This document shows, piece by piece, positions 28,445 through 38,123 of a stretch of 64,000 bases of DNA (position 1 is the first letter of the stretch; each line of letters begins with the position of its first letter). A model generated the notes under the pieces. It did no database searches. It had not been told where the DNA came from and saw only the letters and a program-made list of their open reading frames with translations. Origin of the DNA: an uncultured virus (IMG/VR IMGVR_UViG_3300025276_000002) (taxonomy: Duplodnaviria; Heunggongvirae; Uroviricota; Caudoviricetes); IMG/VR virus record IMGVR_UViG_3300025276_000002. The stretch is one strand, 5' to 3'. Position numbers and translations under genes: made by a program.

Positions 28445-29926
28445 TCACTTAATCTTACAATTTAACTTACTACCCATTACAAACTCATAAGCATCTGTCA
28501 TTACCTGCTCTGCTTTATCAGAACAAGATGATTTAATGATCAATGAATCGTGTACAGGAAACAATACCTCATCCATTTTCAAGAATTGAGAAATACAATA
28601 CTCCACCATCTTAGAATCTAGATTCTGAAACCTGATACCTACACCAGAACAAAAGTATTCGGAAATATCCTTGTGGTACTCCATAGCTTTCTTAACAGTC
28701 TCTTTAACAGGTGCATTTACAATCCCTACAAACTTACGACTAGAGCCTAACTTCTTAGAGAAATCTTTAGCTACATTGTAGCGAATACCTGAGATTGTAC
28801 TTTCCACACCTGTAGCATTCATCAATACAAGCAAGACGGTCTTCTTAAAGTTACGTACAGGATCATATGCGCCCCTATTAACCCCGTTTGTCTTGCACCA
28901 TCTAGACAAGGCTTTCTCATCTATTTCAATATCTAAATCGAAATCATAAGGATCTTTCTCAAACTGAATACCTTTCTCTTCATATGCCATAGCTACATGT
29001 AAGTACTTGTAGTCTTTCTCTACTGTAGGCTCTCCATCTATCGTAACCGTCTTTCTGATCGACTCAGGAGACTTCTGAATAGAGGATTTTGTTTCATAGA
29101 ATCTACCTCCACTTGAGAAATCACCTGAGAATACTCTTCGAAAGAACGTCTCAGGTACATCAAAGCCATTAGCCTTTACAGTGACTTCTTTAAGCTTCTC
29201 ATTGTACACGTCCATCATCTTCTCTAGCTTACCAGCCATCATCTTCTCCTCTTTGCTAAGTATAATATCATAATTATGATCCTTATGTATAACTACTGAA
29301 TCTCCCTCCACTGATCTAAACTCTTCTTCAATCTTTACAGGGTTATCGCAATTACAATAATCTATGAAGTTGGGATTAAGAATGAGTAAGCTAGTTGCAG
29401 ATGCCTCACCTGACAAACTAAACCCTGTAAAGCTTACAGCATCTTCTTTGGATTTAAGAAACTCTATAAACTCCATAAAGTATGACCTGCTAAGTCCGCG
29501 ACTTACTGACTTCCAGTATTTAGTACAAGATCTATACCTAAGTGAATATTTGTTGTGATACTTAAGTCTGCTTATATTTTTAAAGAACATAAGCAATGTA
29601 TTCTTCAACTTCCTATCTGATACAAGCTTTCTAGTGAGTAACAAATAATCCTTAAAACTATCACAGATTTCAGCATAAGCATGATGACACCGTAAAGGAA
29701 GACCTTCTCTGCTGAATATAACTTCCATACTTAAACTGTTATAATCATATAGCTTCCTAACTTCATAGTTAGAATACCAGAAGGAAGACTTTTCATCTTG
29801 ATCTTTGAATACAAACTGAAGATCAGAGTCTATTTCTACTATATCAAATATATCAGTTATGCTTACATCTTTGTGAGTATTTAGGATAAAAGGTTTCTTA
29901 ATATACTCCCTTAATTTGTCACTCAT
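28445..29926 (-). CDS. Superfamily-A polymerase-like protein (TV-Pol-like), distinct from the RNAP and PolA
   Basis: GGRFY, motif A VEKDY, DPY, motif B RNFKK...LMN, FQNLDS and motif C VHDSL. Confidence 0.7.
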   Translation of the reverse strand: MSDKLREYIKKPFILNTHKDVSITDIFDIVEIDSDLQFVFKDQDEKSSFWYSNYEVRKLYDYNSLSMEVIFSREGLPLRCHHAYAEICDSFKDYLLLTRKLVSDRKLKNTLLMFFKNISRLKYHNKYSLRYRSCTKYWKSVSRGLSRSYFMEFIEFLKSKEDAVSFTGFSLSGEASATSLLILNPNFIDYCNCDNPVKIEEEFRSVEGDSVVIHKDHNYDIILSKEEKMMAGKLEKMMDVYNEKLKEVTVKANGFDVPETFFRRVFSGDFSSGGRFYETKSSIQKSPESIRKTVTIDGEPTVEKDYKYLHVAMAYEEKGIQFEKDPYDFDLDIEIDEKALSRWCKTNGVNRGAYDPVRNFKKTVLLVLMNATGVESTISGIRYNVAKDFSKKLGSSRKFVGIVNAPVKETVKKAMEYHKDISEYFCSGVGIRFQNLDSKMVEYCISQFLKMDEVLFPVHDSLIIKSSCSDKAEQVMTDAYEFVMGSKLNCKIK

Positions 29927-30098
29927 TGTTACCTCCTTTTTTAAGAGTTGATTTAATAAATTATCTAATAAGAATACTGCCGTATTGATGGGTTAAGGAA
30001 AGAGAAGTCCGTTTTTTCCTTAGAATACAATAACTTGCAACTCTAAAAATTGACTTTCTAAAACTACCCTATAATTAGCTCGATTTTGTGATCATTTC

Positions 30099-30545
30099 CT
30101 ACCCAAATTTAGCCATATATTGTTCCAATTCTTCCTCTTCTAAGTATTCATCAACTTGATAAGAATCCTTGATTGTAACACCATTATGATCCATCATTTC
30201 TTCTGTGTCAACTTCTTCTGAATTGAGACAGCTTTCTTGAGTGGCATTTAAAGCGTCTGTGCTAGACTGTAAAGCGTTTAATATGTTGTAGTACAGTCTT
30301 AGCTTATTATCTGAATGAACAGCCTTACGTAAGCGCTCCTTGTCCATATCAGTGAAGTAGTCAGAGCCTGTCTCGATTAAGGTTTGAAATAAGTAGTTAC
30401 GATCATATTCATCCATTTTCTCTAACTCATCCTGAGATTCAAAGTGAGCTGTAGGGAACATGAATGATGCTGAGAAAATATCCTCTACTTCCCAGCCAGT
30501 TGTGTTAGTTACGTTGTTATTGTTATTATTGATTGCATTTGTCAT
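30099..30545 (-). CDS. Acidic hypothetical protein
   Basis: 148-aa ORF downstream of the RNAP gene with AAGGA RBS. Confidence 0.65.
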   Translation of the reverse strand: MTNAINNNNNNVTNTTGWEVEDIFSASFMFPTAHFESQDELEKMDEYDRNYLFQTLIETGSDYFTDMDKERLRKAVHSDNKLRLYYNILNALQSSTDALNATQESCLNSEEVDTEEMMDHNGVTIKDSYQVDEYLEEEELEQYMAKFG

Positions 30546-30608
30546 ATAAGTTATTCCTTCTATTATTTATTAAAAGAGGGGATTTGATTATCACCCTCAA
30601 GTTTGTTC

Positions 30609-33251
30609 TTATTTAAAGCAGTGTACACTACTTAACATTTCATTTAAATCATACTCTCCATACACTATACCAAACTGCTTAGGTGATAGCAACAGGTTTC
30701 TTTGATCTTCATCAAGCTGTGATTGGAACTCTTCATAAAGCTTCTGAAGGATATCTTCCTCAAATATCTTGATAAACTCCTCTCGAATAATACGGTTAAA
30801 TCTTCGAGTGTAACAACAGTGAGCAGCAAGAGAGTCATGCACCATTAATAAGTGATCTATCTTCTCAGATTCGCATCTCAAAGCAACAGCTTGGACCAGA
30901 CAACTGTCAAGACTATGCACTATATCTGGAGCTACAGATGACTTCATTTTACCTACATCAAGAACCTTTTGCAACACACCGTTTTTATCCTCAGCCATTT
31001 TAGGTAGCTTGACAGTGAAGCGTCTTGCATCACCCATGAAGTCAGCATGTACTAAAATGTTCTCCATCTTGTACTTAGCCATTGTAGCCTTAAAGCCCAT
31101 AGGTGTAGTCCACTTCACAGGTTTACCACAATTACCCAATACATCAGCAACATGTACAAACCATTCCATCACCTGACCAGCTCCAGTAATTACCTGATTG
31201 ATTGAATCAAAGATCATATTACCCATGTAACTAGCAGCTTGACCTGTCCCTTCACATCTGAAGTTATCCTCCCACTGCTTCTCAACAATGAACTCAGAAC
31301 AGTGTTGGATATTACCATATCGAGTACCTGAATAGAATTTAACCATAACTGGCTTCTTAACAAGGTTGCGAATAATAAAGCTTAATCTTACCTGCTCTAA
31401 ACGGTCAAAGTCTAGATAAGTATTTAAGTATAATTCTTCCAGTGTGTCAAACTCTTTTGAACGGCTAATAATCATCTCTTGGGTTCTTGATGAAAGTATA
31501 TCATCTTCTTGCCCATTTAAGACGTTCTGTAGGCGCTCTAAGACGTTAACTCGACCTAACCAATCCTGAGCCATAGGGTCTTCTTTAAAAACGCTTAGAA
31601 GGTTGTCTAGAACCTTTCCTGCCACAGCCATATAGAGATCTTGAGCATCTGGTAATGCACATAAGTTTGTATGTCTAGCTCCGACAATATCTCTAGTCAT
31701 TGCAGAAAGGATCTGAGCACCTGAACAACTCGCATCATTAGGATCAGGCAAGTGAGATACAAACTTGTAATCACCATTTTTTGCAAAGTATTCTTTCCAT
31801 GCAGCCCACTCAAAAGCAGCAGCTAAGAATTGTAAAGGCTTATCAGCAGACATCCACTTACACTTTTCAAGAGGATTAACAGAGCATTCAATAATCCAAT
31901 CATTGTTCTCATTGATCCATTTTATTGAATCTTGTTCAGTCAGCTTATCTGTCTTGATACCATTGCCTGAGTCGTTACCCCAGTGATTACAAAGGGTCTT
32001 GATAATACCATACTCACCACCCTTGCCATCACCATCATGATCAAGTGGTAAACCTACAGAGAACTCCAAAACAGCCTTCTGAAAATCAGCACCTTGAAGA
32101 TTAATACCTGACATAGCAGAAGGATATACACGACTACGACCATCTGTGCTTAAAGGCCAATATAGCTCATCTTCTTCCTTAACCATCTCAGTAATCTGTA
32201 TGGTAGCTTCTAAGGCACGATCTAAAGACTTCTTACCTGCAACCTTCTTTACATATGCTTCTTTCCTGTCAACCCATTTGAAGAACTCTTTACGCTTTTC
32301 ATTAGAGGCTTCATCTTGGAAAGCAAGAACCATTGCCTTCTTCTTCTTGCCTGTCTTCTTATCAACCTTTTCACCTTCTACCTTCTCCCAGATATGTTCA
32401 TCAAGTTCCTTATCAATTGGACAAGGTTCATTGAAAGACTTGGGTAGGTTATTAAGAAATAACTTACCCATCTCATCAGGACGAGAAGCTTGTAGCGTCT
32501 TGTAGAGTCCAAAGATCCTTTGATTGATCCTGTGAGGAGTCTTTTGCATATGGTTAATAGATGCAAACAAACGATCATCCTCTGGAAGCTCATGCTTATG
32601 CTTGCCCTTAACAAAAGGATTAGTTGCTTTACCAACTTCTGATAAATATCCACCACCTATCATGTCTTTCCAATCATCAGGTTCACAAACCATTGGCATC
32701 TTCTTAGCTGAAACAGTTGCAAATAGTTCTTCATTGTCATTTACGAGAGTATTCCAATTATCAGTTGCAGAGACTTTCCACTCTGTCACGGACTTACTAA
32801 TACGCTCTAGTTCTGTACGGAACAACTTAAGAGGCTTTAGACCTTCTAATGTTAAATCTAATAACATAATACCTGCTGACACAGAATCAACTACAATCTT
32901 TTTATCCTTAGAGAAAGTATCTTCTGATCTCCCTGCTTTAGAAAGAAGACTGTTACCGATACTAGTTGCAATACGTGTCACAGGTAATGAAGCTTCCATT
33001 GATAAACTAGACACAAGAGCTTTAATACCTATGAATGCAACTTCTTTATGTTCCAACTCCTTAGTAAGTTTAAAGAATGATGCTCTCTTACGTTGAACAG
33101 TGTCATGCTTGTTTTTGATAGCTGCCTCAACAAGATTACACATGTCAACAAGAATTGTAGCATCTCGGTTATTATCCAAGTTCTCTAGAAAACCTTCGAT
33201 AGTAGTTTCATTGAAGTACATCTTTTCTAGTTCTAACTGCTTTTCTCTCAT
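30609..33251 (-). CDS. T7-like single-subunit RNA polymerase
   Basis: PMVCEP.DW..GGY, DGRSRVY, QGAD, motif A DASCSGAQ, motif B RNLVKKPVMVKFYS, PDIVHSLDS and motif C VHDS. Confidence 0.95.
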   Translation of the reverse strand: MREKQLELEKMYFNETTIEGFLENLDNNRDATILVDMCNLVEAAIKNKHDTVQRKRASFFKLTKELEHKEVAFIGIKALVSSLSMEASLPVTRIATSIGNSLLSKAGRSEDTFSKDKKIVVDSVSAGIMLLDLTLEGLKPLKLFRTELERISKSVTEWKVSATDNWNTLVNDNEELFATVSAKKMPMVCEPDDWKDMIGGGYLSEVGKATNPFVKGKHKHELPEDDRLFASINHMQKTPHRINQRIFGLYKTLQASRPDEMGKLFLNNLPKSFNEPCPIDKELDEHIWEKVEGEKVDKKTGKKKKAMVLAFQDEASNEKRKEFFKWVDRKEAYVKKVAGKKSLDRALEATIQITEMVKEEDELYWPLSTDGRSRVYPSAMSGINLQGADFQKAVLEFSVGLPLDHDGDGKGGEYGIIKTLCNHWGNDSGNGIKTDKLTEQDSIKWINENNDWIIECSVNPLEKCKWMSADKPLQFLAAAFEWAAWKEYFAKNGDYKFVSHLPDPNDASCSGAQILSAMTRDIVGARHTNLCALPDAQDLYMAVAGKVLDNLLSVFKEDPMAQDWLGRVNVLERLQNVLNGQEDDILSSRTQEMIISRSKEFDTLEELYLNTYLDFDRLEQVRLSFIIRNLVKKPVMVKFYSGTRYGNIQHCSEFIVEKQWEDNFRCEGTGQAASYMGNMIFDSINQVITGAGQVMEWFVHVADVLGNCGKPVKWTTPMGFKATMAKYKMENILVHADFMGDARRFTVKLPKMAEDKNGVLQKVLDVGKMKSSVAPDIVHSLDSCLVQAVALRCESEKIDHLLMVHDSLAAHCCYTRRFNRIIREEFIKIFEEDILQKLYEEFQSQLDEDQRNLLLSPKQFGIVYGEYDLNEMLSSVHCFK

Positions 33252-33285
33252 CTCAATTAAATCCTCCTACGTGGTTATGCGTTCA

Positions 33286-33313
33286 AGTATATACGTTTTC
33301 AGATTGCTGTCAA
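33286..33313 (-). promoter_or_regulatory. sigma70 promoter for the RNAP gene
   Basis: TTGACA-16 nt-TATACT, then GGAGGA RBS and ATG at 33251. Confidence 0.75.
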
Positions 33314-33420
33314 CAGCTTTATGTAAATAAGTTCTAAATACTTTCAAAAGGTATACATTATAGAGAGAATCTAAGTGTAGTTTGTGATCATTATCAAAAA
33401 GAGGGTAAAACGGGTGTTTG

Positions 33421-33433
33421 TAAGTTATTGATA
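33421..33433 (-). promoter_or_regulatory. IHF-consensus site
   Basis: TATCAATAACTTA matches WATCAANNNNTTR, in the divergent promoter region. Confidence 0.45.
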
Positions 33434-33444
33434 TTAAATAACAA

Positions 33445-33467
33445 TCCTTAAACCGCACCTATGTGAT
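33445..33467 (+). promoter_or_regulatory. Putative phage RNAP promoter (replication operon, rightward)
   Basis: TCCTTAAACCGCACCTATGTGAT; second copy at 26530-26508. Confidence 0.75.
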
Positions 33468-33520
33468 TATACCAGCAGTGGGAAAAGTACCCCACCTTTA
33501 CATTTTAATAGGAGGATTTT

Positions 33521-33814
33521 ATGACTGATTGCAAAGAGCAAGGTGCTAAACTAGAGAAACAACTTAAGCGACAAATGCTAAGTACACTCATAGGCGTAAC
33601 TGAGGGGAAAATTAAGAAAGAAAGTATTAAACTGTCTGAGATGGAGGAGGATTTAGTCTTCTACAAAGGACAGCTAGAGAAGATCACCAAGTCAGACACA
33701 GTGGTGCATGCAAGGATTAAAGTTCTTGAGAGTGATATTAAGATGTGGAAACACCTAGGCGCTAATCTGGAACAAGGTGTAGAGTTCTTGAAAGACTTGA
33801 AGAAAGCTTTGTAA
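33521..33814 (+). CDS. Coiled-coil hypothetical protein
   Basis: 97 aa with AGGAGG RBS; first gene after the putative phage promoter. Confidence 0.7.
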   Translation: MTDCKEQGAKLEKQLKRQMLSTLIGVTEGKIKKESIKLSEMEEDLVFYKGQLEKITKSDTVVHARIKVLESDIKMWKHLGANLEQGVEFLKDLKKAL

Positions 33815-33836
33815 AATATAAACTAAGGAGGCTTGA

Positions 33837-35738
33837 TTGATTTTAAATAATGCACATGAATTTGAAGAGGCGATTTCTCCATCTCAAGCCTCTAAGAAAC
33901 GTACTTCACGTAGAGCTAGTAGAAAGCGTGAGGAGATAGTTGGTAACACAGCTTGCCCTGCTTGCCGTGAGAAAGGAGGAGACAGCACAGGTAATCACAT
34001 GATGATCTTTGAAAGCGGTAAGGGGTATTGCAACCGATGTCCTAAACACTTTACCAAAGAGGAAGTAGAGGCCGCTAAGAAGCCTCAGGCAAGCCGTAGA
34101 GCTCGCAAATCATATGGTGGCAGTTCAGGTTATAATAATTATAACAAAGGTCTGACGCTGGATGACATGCCTCATTTAGGCTTCTCAGGAGATAAGCTCC
34201 GAGGAATCACTGCTGAGACAGATAGACGATTTGGTATCAGAACAGAATTCGACACTTCATCAGGCAGAGCGTTGGCAAGATATTATCCATATTATTTAGA
34301 AGATGAGTTGTATGGATATAAAATGCGTAAATTGCCTAAAGATTGGGGAGCTGCTGTTGGTACTTTAAATGGTACAGACATGTTTGCTTGGAACTTGCTT
34401 AGTGGCAAGTATCAAGTATTGTTAATCGTGGAAGGTGAAGAAGACTGTGCATCCTTGTATCAATTGCACAAGGCTATGAATTTCAGATCTACAAACAGAC
34501 GAATCAAAAGATCTGAAGTAGATGTAGTTTCTTTACCATCTGGTGCAAAAGGTGCTCACAAAGCATTGCTGCATCATATTGAGGAAATCTCTCGATACCA
34601 GAAAGTATTCTGGGCAGGTGATAACTATAAGATTGACACAGAAGGCAAAGCTTGCTTAGAAGCTGCTGTTCAGATAATTGGTGTAGATAAGCTTTACATC
34701 ATGGAGTACCCTGACCGTAAGAAAGATATGTCAGATATTCTTAAGATCGGTGGTGAAGATGCTATAGATATTTATAGTGAAATGTACTTCGGAGCTAAGA
34801 AATATTCTCCATCTGATATTATTGATGGCAAAGACTTAGAGCTTGCTGATATAGAGAAAGATGTTGTGGTGGGATATAGTTTACCTTTTCCAAATCTGCA
34901 AGATCCGATGCAAGGAATGCGACTTTTTGAGCATACGATCTTGACGAGTTCAGCAGGATCTGGCAAGTCAAGCCTTATAACAGCTATAGCTCATCACATG
35001 TCAACAGAACATGGTTGGATGGTTGGAAATATTTTCCTAGAAGAGAAGGTTGTTAAGAGTCAACAGCGATATATTGCATATGATAATAGTGTTGCCCTTA
35101 ATGAATACCGTAAGGATTTTGGGATAATCCCTCTGGAAGATAAGCTAAAGACAAAAGCTGAGATCATTGATAATATGATGTTCTTGGATCACTCAGGTTC
35201 AATTGATCCAGATGTCCTTATGAACAAGATACGTTATTTGGTTGCCAAAGGTTGCAAGCTTATTATACTTGACCACATCTCTCTTGTTGTAACAGGATCA
35301 GATGATGAACGAAAAGATATAGACACTTTGCTTGAGAAGATATACAGATTTGTAGAACATACGCCTGTGCATATCCTATCTGTCGTACATATTAATCGTG
35401 GAGATTCAAAAAAGGATGTATCAAAAGGCGCAGAGATAACACCTAATCTATTACGTGGATCTCAGTCTATAATTCAGTTAGGATTTTCGGTTGGAGCTAT
35501 CGAAGGATGGAACGAAGATGAAGACTATGGCAATACCCGTTTCATCAGGTGGCTGAAGATACGAGAGACAGGTACATTAGGACTAACCAAAGGTTGTCTA
35601 GAATATAACACCAAGACTGGCAGGTTCAGTTACAACCCTAGCTTACATAAGAAAGATGTTGAAGCTGCTATCAAGGAACGGGATAAAGAAGACTTTATTC
35701 CAAAGGTAGGAAACTCTTTTAACAATAAAGCGGTTTAA
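33837..35738 (+). CDS. T7 gp4-like primase-helicase
   Basis: Zn ribbon CPAC...CNRC, TOPRIM EGEED, Walker A AGSGKS, ILDHIS and LRGS; TTG start after AAGGAGG. Confidence 0.92.
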   Translation: MILNNAHEFEEAISPSQASKKRTSRRASRKREEIVGNTACPACREKGGDSTGNHMMIFESGKGYCNRCPKHFTKEEVEAAKKPQASRRARKSYGGSSGYNNYNKGLTLDDMPHLGFSGDKLRGITAETDRRFGIRTEFDTSSGRALARYYPYYLEDELYGYKMRKLPKDWGAAVGTLNGTDMFAWNLLSGKYQVLLIVEGEEDCASLYQLHKAMNFRSTNRRIKRSEVDVVSLPSGAKGAHKALLHHIEEISRYQKVFWAGDNYKIDTEGKACLEAAVQIIGVDKLYIMEYPDRKKDMSDILKIGGEDAIDIYSEMYFGAKKYSPSDIIDGKDLELADIEKDVVVGYSLPFPNLQDPMQGMRLFEHTILTSSAGSGKSSLITAIAHHMSTEHGWMVGNIFLEEKVVKSQQRYIAYDNSVALNEYRKDFGIIPLEDKLKTKAEIIDNMMFLDHSGSIDPDVLMNKIRYLVAKGCKLIILDHISLVVTGSDDERKDIDTLLEKIYRFVEHTPVHILSVVHINRGDSKKDVSKGAEITPNLLRGSQSIIQLGFSVGAIEGWNEDEDYGNTRFIRWLKIRETGTLGLTKGCLEYNTKTGRFSYNPSLHKKDVEAAIKERDKEDFIPKVGNSFNNKAV

Positions 35739-35750
35739 TAAGGAGGAACT

Positions 35751-37061
35751 TTGAATGAATTAAATAATCCAACTCCTCCATCACGTACCCAGCAACGCAG
35801 GACAGAGAGACGTAGGAGAGACAGAGAAAGGCGTAAACTACTTAAGCAATGCAATGATACTACTAATCAGATAGAAGCTGTTACAGCCCCTGTCAGCAAG
35901 GCTCATAGACGTTTAACTGTAACTGATCTGGATGATGATCAACTTGAAGCCTATAATGGTATTAAAGAGTGGTGGACTGTTCAGCAGAACATAGGTGGAA
36001 CGGCTAAGCCTGTTGTACTATCGGGGTATAGTGGTACAGGTAAGTCAACACTGATGAGCTTAGTATTATCTGACCTTGAAAATCCAGATGGAAGCAAACC
36101 ACATATCAAGTCAGCAGCGTATACAGGTAAAGCAGCAGATGTCCTTCGTAAGAAGGGTGTTGCTGCCGACACACTGCACTACTTACTTTATAATTGGCTA
36201 CCAGAGGGTAATCGATTAGTCCCTATCAAAAAGGACAGATATGAAGTGGGTGCAGATCTTATAGTTGTAGATGAAGCATCTATGTTGGCTAATGATTTGA
36301 GACAAGACTTGGAAGAACTTTGTATCCCTATCGTATATTTAGGTGATATTGGACAGCTCAGCGCTATTGTAACTGACAAGAAAGATAAGCGTCCTAACGT
36401 AATGTCAGAGCCTGACTTTATGCTTACACATGTACACAGACAAGCTCTAGAGAGCGGTATTATATCAGTAGCTACAGATGTACGCCTTGGTAAGAATGTA
36501 GACAAAGGTGTCTATGGTGTTAAGAAAGATATGATTAAGCTAGGTAGCGATGCTCTTAATGATAAAGATCTTATAGCTAATGCTGATACTGTTATTTGTT
36601 ATTACAATAAGACCAGACACCTCTATAACGACATGATACGAACTTATAGAGGATTCAGTGGATCATTTCCAGAAGTAGGTGAACGGCTCATATGCATACG
36701 TAACAACAGAGAGATGGGACTAGTAAATGGCCTTGTAGTCTTTGTTAAACATGTTGTATATGAGAACAATACACTTATTATGGATCTTGTTGATGAGGTT
36801 GGAAAAGAGTTCTATAAGGTGCAGGTACATCCTGAATACTTCCTTGGAAAAGAACATCCACCTATGACAGGTAAATTGACTAAGAATTACTTTGAATTTG
36901 GATATTCCATAACTTGCCATAAAGGACAGGGGAGTTCATTTGGAGAGATTGTTGTCATAGAGGAGAATATGAAAGGACGTATTTCCGAGAAGAGACGTTG
37001 GATGTACACAGCTATTACTCGTGCAGAATATAAGTGTACGTGGATAAGTAAATTTAGATAA
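35751..37061 (+). CDS. SF1 helicase (Dda/RecD-like)
   Basis: GYSGTGKS, VDEASM, GDIGQL, HRQA, TCHKGQGS and YTAITRA. Confidence 0.92.
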   Translation: MNELNNPTPPSRTQQRRTERRRRDRERRKLLKQCNDTTNQIEAVTAPVSKAHRRLTVTDLDDDQLEAYNGIKEWWTVQQNIGGTAKPVVLSGYSGTGKSTLMSLVLSDLENPDGSKPHIKSAAYTGKAADVLRKKGVAADTLHYLLYNWLPEGNRLVPIKKDRYEVGADLIVVDEASMLANDLRQDLEELCIPIVYLGDIGQLSAIVTDKKDKRPNVMSEPDFMLTHVHRQALESGIISVATDVRLGKNVDKGVYGVKKDMIKLGSDALNDKDLIANADTVICYYNKTRHLYNDMIRTYRGFSGSFPEVGERLICIRNNREMGLVNGLVVFVKHVVYENNTLIMDLVDEVGKEFYKVQVHPEYFLGKEHPPMTGKLTKNYFEFGYSITCHKGQGSSFGEIVVIEENMKGRISEKRRWMYTAITRAEYKCTWISKFR

Positions 37062-37073
37062 GGAGTATAATGT

Positions 37074-37571
37074 ATGAGTGAATCTTATATCATCAATTTA
37101 ATAACTGAGTCTGCTAAGGTGGAGATTGAAAATCAAATTAACCACTTGGAAAGTATGTCTAAAGAAGATGAATATAAAGAAAGGTACTCAGCTATGTTAC
37201 AAGGTGCTAAAACGGTAATATGGTTGTTAGAGAATGAATCTATTGCTAAGCAAGGAACTTATGCATTCTTGAACCACTTAGACAGGGATCAGTTGGAATA
37301 TGCTATCTCAGCGGCTAAGGAGATCAAGAAGCTGAAAACAGATATAGGTAAGGTTGAGCTGTTTGGCATCTTTGGAGGAGATAAAGGATCAGAGTGGTTT
37401 TATGATGAGGGTTTAGCAAAAGAGGCATATCTTCGTGCAGCATCTGAGAGTTTATCTGGACCATGCCCAGAGGTCAGTTTTGAAAGTAAGAAAGTTCCAG
37501 CAGAAGAGTTGGAAGAATATCTGAAAAAGGATGAAATAGGTATCGCATTGGGGCTTATAGAGAAGCCTTGA
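37074..37571 (+). CDS. Hypothetical protein
   Basis: 165 aa with AAGGAG RBS. Confidence 0.7.
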   Translation: MSESYIINLITESAKVEIENQINHLESMSKEDEYKERYSAMLQGAKTVIWLLENESIAKQGTYAFLNHLDRDQLEYAISAAKEIKKLKTDIGKVELFGIFGGDKGSEWFYDEGLAKEAYLRAASESLSGPCPEVSFESKKVPAEELEEYLKKDEIGIALGLIEKP

Positions 37572-37614
37572 TGTCTCAAGAAGAATAAGCCAAACAACTA
37601 AGAGGAGGTAAACT

Positions 37615-37767
37615 ATGAAACTAACGATAGATCAAATACTGGTCATCCTGAGAGCATTGGACTATTACGAAGGCAGGGAAGAAAATACAATGGAAGAAGA
37701 TCTGAAGGTACGTACCATTGAAGATATCTTAGAGGAAGAAGGTTTTAAACTATCTCAAGAGGAATAG
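37615..37767 (+). CDS. 50-aa hypothetical protein (below the ORF-track cutoff)
   Basis: MKLTIDQILVILRALDYYEGRE...KLSQEE*, after GAGGAGG. Confidence 0.65.
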   Translation: MKLTIDQILVILRALDYYEGREENTMEEDLKVRTIEDILEEEGFKLSQEE

Positions 37768-37797
37768 TCACAACAGCTAAGAGAAAAGGAGGAAAGT

Positions 37798-38073
37798 ATG
37801 TATTTTAGTTATTGTCCAGATGCTGGATTTGAGATACATGATACAGCACTGGAAGCAGAAAAATCAGCTCAAGATTCATTAGATTATTTCAGAGATAACG
37901 CATGTGATGGTTGGTCGGAAGAGGTTGATGGCATTTGTTGGGGAACAGTTTCACAAGATACACAAAAGGTCTTAGAAATGTCAAGAGAGGATGCCGAAAA
38001 AGAAGGTATACTTGTATCGAAAGATTGTTGTGGATTCGTAGATTATTCATTAGTCAATACTAAAAGCCATTGA
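37798..38073 (+). CDS. Hypothetical phage protein
   Basis: 91 aa with AAGGAGG RBS; DGWSEEV..ICWG motif. Confidence 0.7.
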   Translation: MYFSYCPDAGFEIHDTALEAEKSAQDSLDYFRDNACDGWSEEVDGICWGTVSQDTQKVLEMSREDAEKEGILVSKDCCGFVDYSLVNTKSH

Positions 38074-38123
38074 ATGTAGTTAGTTAAATAATAATCAAGC
38101 CAAACAACTAAGAGGAGGGTGTA

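Larger units (their letters stand above)
37587..38118 (+). repeat. 22-bp exact direct repeat flanking two small genes
   Basis: AAGCCAAACAACTAAGAGGAGG at 37587-37608 and 38097-38118. Confidence 0.9.

Noticed and set aside
29981..30000. Third phage-promoter copy (TCCTTAACCCATCAATACGG, minus strand)
   Set aside because: Only the first 7-10 bases resemble the 23-bp motif.
30050..30075. TTGACT...TATAAT promoter antisense to the RNAP block
   Set aside because: The spacer is only 14 nt.
33267..33458. 63-aa minus-strand ORF
   Set aside because: It overlaps the divergent promoters and IHF-like site and has no RBS.
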